63,808 nt of DNA, filler included, from 6 parts of 6 records of this genome joined end to end with filler, not necessarily neighbours in it, one strand, 5' to 3'. Numbered from the whole stretch's first letter, positions 18,645-29,437 are shown. A program made the numbers and translations. The notes: a model not told the origin generated them from the letters alone.

Positions 18645-21600
18645 GTGAGCGGCAGCGCAACGCTGGACATCACGCCGGTGAACGACGCTGCTGTAATATC
18701 AGGCGGCGCGAAAAGCAAAGTTCAAGAAGACAGTGTTACGTCTACTTCTGGGGATCTAGATATTGTCGATCCGGATTCCGGTGAACAAGCGTTTAATCCG
18801 CTAACCATCAATGACGACGGCTGGGGAACATTCGATATAAAAGAGAACGGTGAATGGACGTATGTGCTAAACAACGATGCAACTAAGGTTCAAGCTTTAG
18901 ACAATTCAAGCGAAGCTTTAACTCGAACGTTTACGGTAACTAGCGTTGACGGGACACCTCATACCATCACTGTATATATTACGGGAGCAAATGACGCTGC
19001 TATTATTGAGGGAACGTTTACTGGAACAGTTACTGAAGGTGATTTAAGCGACGTAACCAAAGTTTCGGGTAGCATTAGTATTAGTGATGTCGATGCAGAT
19101 GACTCGCCAGTATTCGAAAATACTGAGATTGTTGGTGAATACGGTACTTTAAAATTAGTTGATGGTGAGTGGACGTATACTTTGGACCAAAGCAAGGTTC
19201 AGGGTTTAAATGACGGTGATAAGGTTACTGACACAATAACTTTGGTCGCAAGCAATACAACGGATAAAGATAGTCAAGACATAACGATTACTATTATTGG
19301 TACTAACGATGCTCCTATTGCTATCGCTGACTCTGAGACCGTAAACGAAGGTTCTACAGTTGTAGTATCAGAAAGTGTACTAACCAATGATACTGATGCT
19401 GAAAATGATTCGTTGACTGTAGTGAATATCGCAGGAAAAGGTGAGGTCACTGAGAATGAAGATGGTAGCTTTACTGTAACTACAGCACTGGGTGGTATTG
19501 TAGTAATGGATGCTGATGGTACGTACACATACACAGCGCCAGACTACCTAGATCATAGCAGTTCAGAAACTATTCAAGACAGCTTCAGTTACCTCGCGAG
19601 TGATGGTGTCAATAATTCCGCCTGGACTACAGTTACGATTGATGTCGTAGATACAGGTATTACCGCTCAAGACGATTACGATGAAGTTTCTTCTGAGACA
19701 AATTTGGCAACAGGAAATGTTGTTACTAATGATCTTCAGAACGATACCGACCCTGATGCGGTTGTTACTTCAGTCACCTACAATGGCAAAACTTACGATA
19801 TGCTTGAGTCTGGTGTTCTTACTATAGAAGCGGACACAGGTACTTTAGTCATTGACAGTGATGGTGACTATACATTTACGCCGTCTGAAAGTTCTCGTAG
19901 CCAAATCGTTGTAGATGATGTTATCAACAGCTCTGATGTCTCTGTGTATGCCTCTACTGACCGTTCGATTGAACCGAGTGGCGAATCAGTTGAAAAAAAT
20001 GGTAATTCTGGCCTCGGTGTTGCAAGCAGTAGCGATCAAGGTAATCAGCTAGATGGAAATGAGTCCCTAGTTTTCGCACTAAATCAAGCCGCTTCTTCTG
20101 TAAGTACAACGCTAAAAAATAACGGAAATGGTAATGATGATGAAATAGAGGTTAGCGTCTATGACATTGATAGGAATGATATTTCTCAAGAAGTGTCTAT
20201 TTCTATTGTAAATCACGTCGTAACCGTGACCTCAGACAGTGGTGATATCGGCTACGTTGTTTTCGGCCTATCGTCAGACGCTGATAGTAATGATAAGTAC
20301 CGTATAGATGAAACAATTTCTGTTACGTACATCGAAAATAGTAGCAGTAGCTCTAAGGAAGTCTTCACCTACACTGTCGAAGATGGCGATGGTGATGAAT
20401 CAAGTGCACAGCTTACTATTGGTGGTATTGATTCTGTTAACGATGCCCCAGTAATCACTCTGTCAGAAGGGGCAGATAGCGTAGTAGTTTCAGAAGAAGG
20501 CTTAACTGAAGCAAACGCTGATACCGATGGAGATAGTGACAGTACCAATGAGGTTCAAGCAACGGGTTCATTTGTTGTATCTGATGAAGAATCTGCAGAC
20601 AGTGACCTAACTGTTGAATTAGTTGCGCCAACGGAAACTCTATATTCGGGCGGTACTGAAATTGAGTGGACTATTGTTGACGGAAAGCTTGTAGGTACTG
20701 CAGGAAGGGAAGAGGTTATCAATGTTTCTTTGACGAAAGACTCCTCTAATAGCTATTCATATACAGTTACGCTGTTAGCTGCTTTAGACCATGAACTGTC
20801 GGGCGTTGAAGACACATTGACTTTTGATTTCAATGTCTCAGTAAGTGATGGTGTAAATTCAATTACTGAAACTATTAGCGTTACTGTTGAAGATGATTCT
20901 CCTGAGGCTTCAGCAAGTGTGATAATTAATCCAGTTGCTACAGACAGCAGCGAATCTCACACAGTACTAGGGTCCTATACATTTACACGTTCATCCACGA
21001 CTGGGTGCAACACCGAAAACGAATATCAGTTTACTAGTGATGATTCTAATAAAAGCATTACCGTCACAGCAGTTGGCTTGGATGGGACAACTCATGAAGA
21101 GCTAAGTTTCTCTGATGGTGGCATAGGTGTTTCTTCCTATAAACAAGGTAGTTGTAATACCGGATTCGATGACAGGTTCAATTCTGAGGTTGACTACAAA
21201 TATGTTGACGGTAATTGGAGCTCGGAGCAGATTGTTATCGATTTGGGTGAGAATATCGCTTATGGCTTAACCGTTGATTTTTCCTATATATACAGTGGCG
21301 AAGGTGCAGACAGCGAAAGTGGTATTGTCTATTTCTATCGTGATGGCAAACTTCTAGAAACGCAAACGCAGACATTTAGCTCTAATGAAACAAGTGGAGA
21401 TTACGCAGGTAACTTTTACGTTGAAGAGGGGGGCTTCGATAAAGTTGTATTTGAAGCTACTTCGAACGGTAACGACGAGAATCAATGGGATAACAGTGAC
21501 TTTGCGATTAAATCAGTCGCCTTTATTGGCTTGTCAGATGCTACAGTAATAGCCTCAGATCAAGGGGAAATAACTGCTGATTTTGGTGCGGATGGTGCTG

Positions 21601-23468
21601 GTAGTGTTCTATTGACTGGTATTACAGACTCAGAGTTATACACAGCCAACGGTGATCTCATAGAAGTCACTGTAAGTGAAAATCAAACTTCGATAACGGG
21701 TACGGTTGACGATACCACGGTATTTGAGATTAAACTTACTCCAGAAACTGGGCAGTGGGAATATTATCAGTATGTTGAACTCGCTGATGGTGAGAAGGTT
21801 CAGTTTACTTATGATGTCATTGATGCTGATGGTGATTCCGCGTCGTCAACAGTTGAACATGCCCCTGAACTGAATGTTGAGAGTTATGTGGACTTCAGTC
21901 AAAGTGACGATGTTAAAGTTGGAACCATCGTTGCTACTTATTCTACGACTGATCAGGACGGCGACGAAGTCACCGTAACACTGAGTGATACAACTTATTA
22001 CTCGCTAGATGATCAAGGTAATGTTGTATTAACAGAAGCGGGCGTTGCACTGGTTACAGCGGCCGAAGATTTACCAGAATTCACGTTAACCCCTAATGAT
22101 GGTGAACTAACGGGAATCTCAGTTTCAGTAGATCCAACGGTCACACCTGTTTCTACCTCAGGGCTAAGTGGTGAGTTTTATAATGTTGGTTATCAACTAG
22201 GTACGATTGCTCAAGCGTTAAATGTTATTGCTACGCAATCAACCAATGCTACATTTACCTCAACAGAAGTTAATTACTCAGGTTCTAACTATTACGATTT
22301 GGGTGATATTTATGCGAATGGTAATACGAGTGACGAACTTGAGGAATGGGTTGAAAATGATGGTGACTCAAGTCTTAAGCAATGGCTTGGTGATGACTCT
22401 GATACTATTGAATATCAAAACGTCGCGGAATCTAATGATGTAGTGGTAAAACTCTCTGGTGGTGTGGTGCTCAATGCTGGAACTTACGCTATTAAAGTTA
22501 ATGCAGATGATGGTTACCAAATTACAATAGACGGTGTAGTCGTTGCATCATATGACGATAATACATCGGAGTTGACAAACGAATTTTCATTCACCGTACT
22601 AGAAACTGGAACCCACGAAATTGAAATAGTCTACTGGGACCAAGGCGGGGCGTACGTTCTTGAAGTTTTGCTCGATAATGGTGGCGACAACGGTTATCAA
22701 GTGCTTGGTAGTGATGCCTATCCAATAACTTCTACCTATCAAGAGTTTGGAGATGATTCTATTGTTACCCGTAGTTTCGAAGGGTTTACAGGTAATACAG
22801 AGGATGCAATTTCGGACTATCAAAATGCTGACTATGATCATACATATAAAGATGATCATACATTCGGTTCATTGAGGGACGATCATATTACCGGTAAAGA
22901 TATACGTAGTGACAAGTCTGATATATTGTTCAGTAGCTCAGGTGATGATTGGCTGGAAGGTGGTAAAGGTAGAGATCATCTTTATGGGCAATCAGGTGAT
23001 GATTTATTAGAAGGACAGTCGGGTAGCGATTATTTATATGGAGGGTCTGGTAATGACATCCTAGTGGGGGGGGTGGATACAGACTACTTATATGGTAATG
23101 AGGGCAACGACGTTCTGATAGGTGGTAGCGGCCACGATGCCTTAACGGGTGGGGAAGGTAGTGATCTGTTTGTATTAGCTAAAGGTGAGGGCAGTTCAGA
23201 TACCATTATGGACTTTGATGTGGCTGAAGATGCTTTAGATGTTTCGGATTTGCTCGACCAGACTTCGGATGATATGACCTATGCAGAGATTCAACAGTAT
23301 TTGAATGAAGAGATTAACGTCCAAGCTAGTAGTGATGGTTCTGGAACGTTGACTGTTGATAATACTAGTAGTTCCGTAATATTTGAAAGTGGTTCGAATT
23401 TGAGTTCGGTAGATACAATTTCCGTTCTATTCAATAACCAAGAATATAAAGTAAACGTAGATTCTTAA
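18645..23468 (+). CDS. Large type I-secreted RTX adhesin, FrhA-like (5' partial)
   Basis: VCBS/cadherin-like repeats (ITGANDAAII, GEWTYTL); PA14-like domain (GLSGEFY...ADDGY...YWDQGG); GGxGxDxL RTX nonapeptides; DTIMDF...DALDVSDLL T1SS-type C-terminus; very acidic. Confidence 0.9.
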   Translation: MSGSATLDITPVNDAAVISGGAKSKVQEDSVTSTSGDLDIVDPDSGEQAFNPLTINDDGWGTFDIKENGEWTYVLNNDATKVQALDNSSEALTRTFTVTSVDGTPHTITVYITGANDAAIIEGTFTGTVTEGDLSDVTKVSGSISISDVDADDSPVFENTEIVGEYGTLKLVDGEWTYTLDQSKVQGLNDGDKVTDTITLVASNTTDKDSQDITITIIGTNDAPIAIADSETVNEGSTVVVSESVLTNDTDAENDSLTVVNIAGKGEVTENEDGSFTVTTALGGIVVMDADGTYTYTAPDYLDHSSSETIQDSFSYLASDGVNNSAWTTVTIDVVDTGITAQDDYDEVSSETNLATGNVVTNDLQNDTDPDAVVTSVTYNGKTYDMLESGVLTIEADTGTLVIDSDGDYTFTPSESSRSQIVVDDVINSSDVSVYASTDRSIEPSGESVEKNGNSGLGVASSSDQGNQLDGNESLVFALNQAASSVSTTLKNNGNGNDDEIEVSVYDIDRNDISQEVSISIVNHVVTVTSDSGDIGYVVFGLSSDADSNDKYRIDETISVTYIENSSSSSKEVFTYTVEDGDGDESSAQLTIGGIDSVNDAPVITLSEGADSVVVSEEGLTEANADTDGDSDSTNEVQATGSFVVSDEESADSDLTVELVAPTETLYSGGTEIEWTIVDGKLVGTAGREEVINVSLTKDSSNSYSYTVTLLAALDHELSGVEDTLTFDFNVSVSDGVNSITETISVTVEDDSPEASASVIINPVATDSSESHTVLGSYTFTRSSTTGCNTENEYQFTSDDSNKSITVTAVGLDGTTHEELSFSDGGIGVSSYKQGSCNTGFDDRFNSEVDYKYVDGNWSSEQIVIDLGENIAYGLTVDFSYIYSGEGADSESGIVYFYRDGKLLETQTQTFSSNETSGDYAGNFYVEEGGFDKVVFEATSNGNDENQWDNSDFAIKSVAFIGLSDATVIASDQGEITADFGADGAGSVLLTGITDSELYTANGDLIEVTVSENQTSITGTVDDTTVFEIKLTPETGQWEYYQYVELADGEKVQFTYDVIDADGDSASSTVEHAPELNVESYVDFSQSDDVKVGTIVATYSTTDQDGDEVTVTLSDTTYYSLDDQGNVVLTEAGVALVTAAEDLPEFTLTPNDGELTGISVSVDPTVTPVSTSGLSGEFYNVGYQLGTIAQALNVIATQSTNATFTSTEVNYSGSNYYDLGDIYANGNTSDELEEWVENDGDSSLKQWLGDDSDTIEYQNVAESNDVVVKLSGGVVLNAGTYAIKVNADDGYQITIDGVVVASYDDNTSELTNEFSFTVLETGTHEIEIVYWDQGGAYVLEVLLDNGGDNGYQVLGSDAYPITSTYQEFGDDSIVTRSFEGFTGNTEDAISDYQNADYDHTYKDDHTFGSLRDDHITGKDIRSDKSDILFSSSGDDWLEGGKGRDHLYGQSGDDLLEGQSGSDYLYGGSGNDILVGGVDTDYLYGNEGNDVLIGGSGHDALTGGEGSDLFVLAKGEGSSDTIMDFDVAEDALDVSDLLDQTSDDMTYAEIQQYLNEEINVQASSDGSGTLTVDNTSSSVIFESGSNLSSVDTISVLFNNQEYKVNVDS

Positions 23469-23480
23469 TATCTGGCAATC

Positions 23481-23510
23481 AGAAAGGCCGGAGTTATCTC
23501 CGGTCTTTCT
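23481..23510. terminator. Bidirectional intrinsic terminator
   Basis: AGAAAGGCCGGAG-TTAT-CTCCGGTCTTTCT between convergent genes. Confidence 0.8.
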
Positions 23511-23527
23511 GTATCTATTCAATGAAA

Positions 23528-24085
23528 TCAAAACAAATAAGGAAACAGCTTCTTCCTTTCTTCAGGGCTAAGGTTACTCACTCGTTCGATATTAATGTCC
23601 GGGATATCTTCTGGATTGGGGTAGTGCTTAAGTACCTTCTCCATGCTCTCTTCACGGATAAGGTGGAAGATGGGGTATGGGGAACGGTTGGTCAGGTTCT
23701 CTGCATCGTCGGGATCTGTGCCTGCAAAGTAGTAATCAGGGTGGAATGTCGCAACCTGAAATATCCCTTCCCAATCTTGCTGCTTAATCAGGGCTTCGAC
23801 CCAATCAATAAAGAAGTTGTAATCAACAAAATCGTCCAGCATGTTTGGAATCGCCACAAGTGTGGTTTCTAGCTCTTGAGGTTCTTTGCTTTCTAACTCG
23901 ATCAGCTGCTCTAAAATATCTTGCAGTAATGTTTCTTCTGTAGAAGCTTCACTCACATAAATTTTTATTTGCTTATTGCGTTGGGGTTTGGCAGCGAAAG
24001 GGCATAGGTTTAGCCCTATCACCACGTCATTGAGCCATTGATTAACTTGTTCAGTGATAGCTTGAATATTCTGTGTTGAGCGCAT
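23528..24085 (-). CDS. DUF1415-family protein
   Basis: VIGLNLCPFA, FQVATFHP and NRSPYPIFHLIRE motifs. Confidence 0.85.
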   Translation of the reverse strand: MRSTQNIQAITEQVNQWLNDVVIGLNLCPFAAKPQRNKQIKIYVSEASTEETLLQDILEQLIELESKEPQELETTLVAIPNMLDDFVDYNFFIDWVEALIKQQDWEGIFQVATFHPDYYFAGTDPDDAENLTNRSPYPIFHLIREESMEKVLKHYPNPEDIPDINIERVSNLSPEERKKLFPYLF

Positions 24086-24131
24086 GTTTATAGCTTGTAG
24101 ACTTTATTTGCCGCAAGGATACCACAGTTTA

Positions 24132-25346
24132 TTAGGTAGAGCTGATCACTGTAGAGTTATTCAGTAATGGCGACTTTGCTGTTTGACTCAGTTTCCAACA
24201 TAAGCCAAACATCAATGCATATATGGCTAAACCCGCAGCTGCAACCATAATCCAGCCGCCATGCTGCCAGAAATAGAGCAGGTAGAATCCGCCTATACTG
24301 CCTCCAATATAGTAGTGTGAAAGATACAACGCCGTTGCTGTCGCCTTAGCCTCGGTCGCCTTTTGACTTACCCAGGCATAAGCCAGCGTATGGGTAAAGA
24401 AAGCGCCAAAGCTAATCAGGATCAAACCAAACATCATAAATGGAATAGAATCCACAATAGCAATCAACATCCCAGCTAAGCTGAGCAGACCGCCAGAGAC
24501 CATGCCGGGAATTGGCTCAAAACGTTTACTCCAGTTAGCGGTTAGCTTAGAGCTTAAAGTCCCTGCCAGATAACAAACAAAGATCAGGGAAGCTAAACCG
24601 ATAGGTAAGTTATACGGGTCGCTCACCAATCTAAAGCCCATCACGGAATAAAGATTAACGAACAACGCAAAGTTAGCGCCGCCGATGAGCATCGCAAACC
24701 AAAGTGTTTTGTTGGAAAGGTGCTTAACCAACGCACGATTGTGATGGAAAAACAATCCTCGCTGAGGCTTAAAGTTTTGCTGTACAGGTAACAAGAACAG
24801 TACCAGTAAAGCGCCAAGCAGTGAAAAGCCCGCTGCGATGATTAGAGTCTCTTGCCAGCCCAAAGCATCGGTTAACATACCACCGAAAATCCGTCCGCTA
24901 ATTCCGCCCAACGAGTTGGCAGCGATATAGCCACCAATTGCGCGACTAAAAGCTTGAGGCGATAACTCTTCCACCATGTAAGCAACAGCAACCGATGCAA
25001 ATGCCGCTAAGGCTACACCCAATAAAGCTCGTGCTGCAACTAACACCCAAAATTCACCGCTTATTAGCATCGTTACGCTGATAACCGGCAGTGCAAACAG
25101 ACCAAGCAGCATCACTCGTCTGCGGCCTATTGCTTCAGATGTAATGGCCCAAGGGACAAGACAAACCGACAACGCAAGGGTTGAAGCAGCGAACAACCAG
25201 TTGATTTGTGTTTCTGAGACAGCAAAGTGTTTTGCCATATAAGGCAGCATTGGCTGGAAAAGATACAAGTTGCAGAAAACCAAAAACGAACCGAATGCGA
25301 GTGCGAAAGTTACTTTTTTATACTGAGGGTTGTTCAATTCAATCAT
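24132..25346 (-). CDS. MFS transporter, YnfM-like
   Basis: About 12 TM segments; SEAIGRR loop, AYMVEE, YIAANSLGGISGR and ALYLSHYYIGGS; divergent from a LysR gene. Confidence 0.85.
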   Translation of the reverse strand: MIELNNPQYKKVTFALAFGSFLVFCNLYLFQPMLPYMAKHFAVSETQINWLFAASTLALSVCLVPWAITSEAIGRRRVMLLGLFALPVISVTMLISGEFWVLVAARALLGVALAAFASVAVAYMVEELSPQAFSRAIGGYIAANSLGGISGRIFGGMLTDALGWQETLIIAAGFSLLGALLVLFLLPVQQNFKPQRGLFFHHNRALVKHLSNKTLWFAMLIGGANFALFVNLYSVMGFRLVSDPYNLPIGLASLIFVCYLAGTLSSKLTANWSKRFEPIPGMVSGGLLSLAGMLIAIVDSIPFMMFGLILISFGAFFTHTLAYAWVSQKATEAKATATALYLSHYYIGGSIGGFYLLYFWQHGGWIMVAAAGLAIYALMFGLCWKLSQTAKSPLLNNSTVISST

Positions 25347-25480
25347 GCTGCACATCACTTACGTTTGATTTAGGCAAGCCTGTTATTGGGCTTTGGAATG
25401 TGATCAAAGTATCAGTGAAGTAGTGATTAATAAAATATATTAAAAATATTATCGTTATATATTTTATATATGGTTAGCGC

Positions 25481-26350
25481 ATGGACACCAAACAACTCAG
25501 ATATTTCGCCGAAGTGGCGCAGCACCAGAGTTTCACAAGAGCAGCGGCTGCATTACATATAGCACAGCCTGCGTTAAGCATCTCAATCAAGAAGTTTGAA
25601 CAGCAGTTGGGTGTTACCTTGCTTAAGCGCGATGAGCGTAAAGTTTCCCTGACTCATGAAGGTGATGTGCTGCTGGAGCATGCTCAAAGAATTTTGCGCC
25701 AGATAGAAGATGCACAACTGGCAATTGATGAACTGAAAGGTTTGGTCAAAGGGGAAGTGCGTTTAGGGACACCAAGTATGATGGGATCGTACTTTTTCCC
25801 GGAAATCATCATGGCGTTTAAGAATCATTTTCCCAATTTAAAAATGACGGTGGTTGAAGCGGGAACTCAGTCGATACGGAAAATGTTGCTATCGGGAGAG
25901 TTGGATATCGGCGTCATTCTTAACGACGATCTACCACCTGACTTAGAAGTGGATCCACTTTTGTCCTCACAGATGGTGGCGGTTGTCGGGGCTGAACATG
26001 ATTTAGCAAGCCAAAAAAGTATTACCTTCGAGCAGTTTTTCGAGCATGAACTGGTGATGTTTAAACCTGGTTATTTTCACCGAGATTTCATTGATAAGAC
26101 CTGCAAAACCTATCACTTGGATGCAAACATCTCGTTTGAAACCAACCTACTGCCGATGATTTTGAAGATTGTGAAGCATGAATACGCAGTGACTGCGTTA
26201 TTAGAACTGGTGACGAACAACGAGCCAGATGTACGCGCTATTCCATTTCAGCCACCAGTGTTTCTTGATCTTGCATTAGCTTGGAGAAAAGAAGGGTACT
26301 TGTCTAATGCAGACAGGACATTTATCGAGTTCGTGAAACAGTATGTGTAA
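25481..26350 (+). CDS. LysR-family transcriptional regulator
   Basis: N-terminal HTH (SFTRAAAALHIAQPALS) plus substrate-binding domain. Confidence 0.95.
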   Translation: MDTKQLRYFAEVAQHQSFTRAAAALHIAQPALSISIKKFEQQLGVTLLKRDERKVSLTHEGDVLLEHAQRILRQIEDAQLAIDELKGLVKGEVRLGTPSMMGSYFFPEIIMAFKNHFPNLKMTVVEAGTQSIRKMLLSGELDIGVILNDDLPPDLEVDPLLSSQMVAVVGAEHDLASQKSITFEQFFEHELVMFKPGYFHRDFIDKTCKTYHLDANISFETNLLPMILKIVKHEYAVTALLELVTNNEPDVRAIPFQPPVFLDLALAWRKEGYLSNADRTFIEFVKQYV

Positions 26351-26352
26351 GC

Positions 26353-26583
26353 TTACCCCTTGCCATACATACGGTCGAAGTTCTTAGGGTTCCAGCCGAT
26401 CATTAATTGGTCACCGATTTTTAATACAGGAACGCTACGAACACCGAGTGCATCAAGTTCTTTACGTCCGCGTTCCATCTTCGCGTTACATAAGCGGTAC
26501 TTAACCCCTTTAGAATCAAGGTAGCGTTGTGCATCTTTGCAATGTGGGCATTTATCTTTAATGTATAAGACGACTCGTTTCAT
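26353..26583 (-). CDS. Glutaredoxin/NrdH-like protein
   Basis: CPHC active site, SVP and IGW; likely start MKRVVLY at 26583. Confidence 0.85.
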   Translation of the reverse strand: MKRVVLYIKDKCPHCKDAQRYLDSKGVKYRLCNAKMERGRKELDALGVRSVPVLKIGDQLMIGWNPKNFDRMYGKG

Positions 26584-26750
26584 TTGTTTACCTTGATGTG
26601 TGACCCTGATAAAGAAGGTTGGCAAGTTTACCGACACTCTTGCGTTGATGCAATGAACTCAACTCACTCTAGCCACGGGTTATATAGTGAATATGACCGC
26701 CAATTCAGTTACACTTTGCCGCCTTATTTTACCCCTATTTCTATTGGCGC

Positions 26751-27257
26751 ATGAACTCTGTAATTAGATATATTCAAGGTTATCCCTCTCACATCGTCGA
26801 ATCTGTTCAAAAGTTAATAGATTCGGACAAACTGATCCCCTGGTTTGAACAACGCTATCCGGAAAGGCACGCGATTCAAAGTGAGAAAGCACTGTTTGAA
26901 TATACGATGGCAATTAAAAACCAATATATGAAGAAAACTGCGCCACTGAGTAAAGTGATTTACGACAGTAAAATTCACTTAATCAACAATGCGTTAGGGT
27001 TGCATACTTATGTGTCTAAAGTTCATGGCAATAAGATCAAAGCTAAAAACGAGATTCGTATCGCGAGTATGTTCAAGAACGCACCGGAACCTCTGTTGAG
27101 AATGTTAGTGGTACACGAATTAGCGCATTTACGAGAGAAAGAACATAACAAATCGTTTTATCAGCTATGTTGTCATATGGAACCCAATTACCACCAATAC
27201 GAGCTCGATGCGCGAATTTATATGATGGTGTTGGAACTGAGTCGAGGTAACCGATGA
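26751..27257 (+). CDS. YgjP-like zinc metallohydrolase (HExxH)
   Basis: [18 protein letters not shown] motif. Confidence 0.85.
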   Translation: MNSVIRYIQGYPSHIVESVQKLIDSDKLIPWFEQRYPERHAIQSEKALFEYTMAIKNQYMKKTAPLSKVIYDSKIHLINNALGLHTYVSKVHGNKIKAKNEIRIASMFKNAPEPLLRMLVVHELAHLREKEHNKSFYQLCCHMEPNYHQYELDARIYMMVLELSRGNR

Positions 27258-28312
27258 GTAAACAGAAGCAGGCCGAGAATAGAAAAGCGAAGCCATCAAC
27301 GCCGAACAAATCGGTTAAGCCAAAGACAAAACCAACGTTGAAAGGGAAGAGTGGGCTGCACGTCAGAAATCGTCATAAGGGTAATTATGACTTTGTTGCC
27401 TTGTGCAAAACACTGCCTGAACTCAAGCCGCATCTGATAAAAAATCCTAAAGGGGATTGGAGTATCCCGTTTTCTGACCCAGTAGCGGTAAAGCTGTTAA
27501 ACAAGGCATTGCTTGCACATCATTACGGTGTCACTTTTTGGGATATCCCTCAGGGGTATTTGTGCCCACCCATTCCCGGCCGTGCAGACTATATTCATCG
27601 TGTCGCTGATTTGCTTCTGCAAGAGTGCAAAACCGTTAATCATAACCTGATTAACGCGCTTGATATTGGTGTCGGTGCAAACTGCATTTATCCGATTGTT
27701 GGTGTGACCGAATACGGCTGGCATTACACGGGCAGTGATGTAGACCCAATATCAGTTAAACAGGCCAATAATATTGCTCAAAGTAACGACAACTTGCGTG
27801 GGCGTATCGAGTGTCGTTTGCAATCGGACAGCAAATCGATTTTCTCCAATATCATTAAAGCTGGCGAAAAGTACGATGTGACGACGTGTAACCCGCCATT
27901 TCATGCCTCTTTAGCGGAAGCAGAAAAGGGGACACAAAGAAAAATTAATAACTTACAGGCCAATAAACGCAAACGTGGTTCAGTGAGTGAAGCATTGTCA
28001 GCGAAGCCTAACTCAAAGCCCGCTTTAAATTTTGGTGGGCAAAAAGCGGAGCTATGGTGCCCGGGTGGTGAAGCGGCGTTTATTAAAAATATGGCGTTCG
28101 AAAGTCAGCATTACGCAAAGCAAGTGCTTTGGTTTACCACTCTGATTTCTAAAAGCGATAACGTACGCTGGATGAAGAAACAACTTCAGAAAGTTGGCGC
28201 AGAGTCGATAAAGGTTATAGAGATGCAGCAAGGGCAGAAAATCAGTCGTTTTGTGGCATGGAGTTTCCAAAATGCTGATCAGCGCAAGCTGTGGTTAAGT
28301 GAAAAGGTCTAA
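27254..28312 (+). CDS. rlmF: 23S rRNA m6A1618 methyltransferase
   Basis: [27 protein letters not shown] and [14 protein letters not shown] motifs. Confidence 0.95.
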   Translation: MSKQKQAENRKAKPSTPNKSVKPKTKPTLKGKSGLHVRNRHKGNYDFVALCKTLPELKPHLIKNPKGDWSIPFSDPVAVKLLNKALLAHHYGVTFWDIPQGYLCPPIPGRADYIHRVADLLLQECKTVNHNLINALDIGVGANCIYPIVGVTEYGWHYTGSDVDPISVKQANNIAQSNDNLRGRIECRLQSDSKSIFSNIIKAGEKYDVTTCNPPFHASLAEAEKGTQRKINNLQANKRKRGSVSEALSAKPNSKPALNFGGQKAELWCPGGEAAFIKNMAFESQHYAKQVLWFTTLISKSDNVRWMKKQLQKVGAESIKVIEMQQGQKISRFVAWSFQNADQRKLWLSEKV

Positions 28313-28352
28313 AATACTGATATAAGGTAGATATCAGCAATAGGAGGTAGTT

Positions 28353-28574
28353 ATGGACATTGTGTTCTTTCAACCTTGTCAGCCTGATTGGATATGCAAG
28401 CCATTCCTCAGCATATTTTCGGTGCTGTTGATTGTTGGCTTAGTGTTGTTTATCCGCATTGTTTACCGTGAATCTTTGAAAATTCGGCGGGCCAGCAAGG
28501 TTCGCCGGTTACGCCGCACTCATTACCGAGATCGCAAAGGCGGTAAAAGTGGTCGCCCGACCAACGCAAAATAG
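28353..28574 (+). CDS. Small single-pass membrane protein with basic tail
   Basis: Strong AGGAGG RBS; one TM helix; Arg/Lys-rich C-terminus. Confidence 0.6.
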   Translation: MDIVFFQPCQPDWICKPFLSIFSVLLIVGLVLFIRIVYRESLKIRRASKVRRLRRTHYRDRKGGKSGRPTNAK

Positions 28575-28597
28575 TCCTTGAACGATACGATAAAGTA

Positions 28598-29305
28598 CTA
28601 TTGCGATAACAACGAACGATACTTTGATTCTAGTACTAAATTACCCGCCTTCTTTTCTATCTTGATGAGCAACTTGAGTGAGCTTGTCTGATAGCCAAAG
28701 TCATTGTGAAATTTGAGTAATCGGACTCTTGCTTGTGCCAGTTCGTCAGAGTCTATTTCCAACTTAGCTAACTGCAGTAAAGAGTGAACTCGTTGAGGAT
28801 CATACTCAACGGCACTTTGAAAATAACGTTTAGCTTCGCTCAACCGAAGGTTCTTTAAGGCACATAATCCTGCATTTTCATAGCTGTTCGCTACGAGATA
28901 ATATTGTTCATCTTGCATCGCTCGATTGAAATACTCATCGGCTTGCCTGTATTTGCCCATCTTGCATAGAAACGCCCCATAGTTGTTCAGGACGTGGCCA
29001 TTGGTATGATGTCCACGTAGTGCATCATCGTAAGCTTTGTATGCTTTTTCACTCTCACCGACTTTGTCATAGTAATGAGCAATGGAAAGCATGGCTCGAT
29101 AATAGTGAGGGGCGTACTCTAATGCTTGTTCCAGGTTCATGCGAGCTTTGAGCATATTGCCATTTTCAAGGTATCCCAACCCTAGCGCGATGCGTGATTC
29201 CGCTTTGGATAAGTTGTCTGTTTCAGTGCCGGAAGTCGCGTTTTGCGTAACCGTCACGCAGCCGGATAACCCGATGAACAGCATAATCGCCAGCCAAATT
29301 TTCAT
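28598..29305 (-). CDS. pilW: Type IV pilus pilotin, TPR lipoprotein (PilW/PilF)
   Basis: Lipobox LSGC; RIALGLGYL, LNNYGAFLC and YENAGLCA motifs. Confidence 0.9.
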   Translation of the reverse strand: MKIWLAIMLFIGLSGCVTVTQNATSGTETDNLSKAESRIALGLGYLENGNMLKARMNLEQALEYAPHYYRAMLSIAHYYDKVGESEKAYKAYDDALRGHHTNGHVLNNYGAFLCKMGKYRQADEYFNRAMQDEQYYLVANSYENAGLCALKNLRLSEAKRYFQSAVEYDPQRVHSLLQLAKLEIDSDELAQARVRLLKFHNDFGYQTSSLKLLIKIEKKAGNLVLESKYRSLLSQ

Positions 29306-29405
29306 CACCTTCTCCTATGACTTGCGGGTGTGTGTCGATGATTTGAATTAAATTAAGACTATCATAATAAAATCATAGGATTAGCGAAGGTGAGGTAAGC
29401 GTTAA

Positions 29406-29421
29406 TGCGATTAAGCTTGCA
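29406..29421. promoter_or_regulatory. Putative CRP-S (TfoX/Sxy-dependent) site upstream of pilW/pilF
   Basis: TGCGA-TTAAGC-TTGCA versus consensus TGCGA-N6-TCGCA (one mismatch), about 100 bp upstream of the start. Confidence 0.55.
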
Positions 29422-29437
29422 TATTGAACTCGATAAT

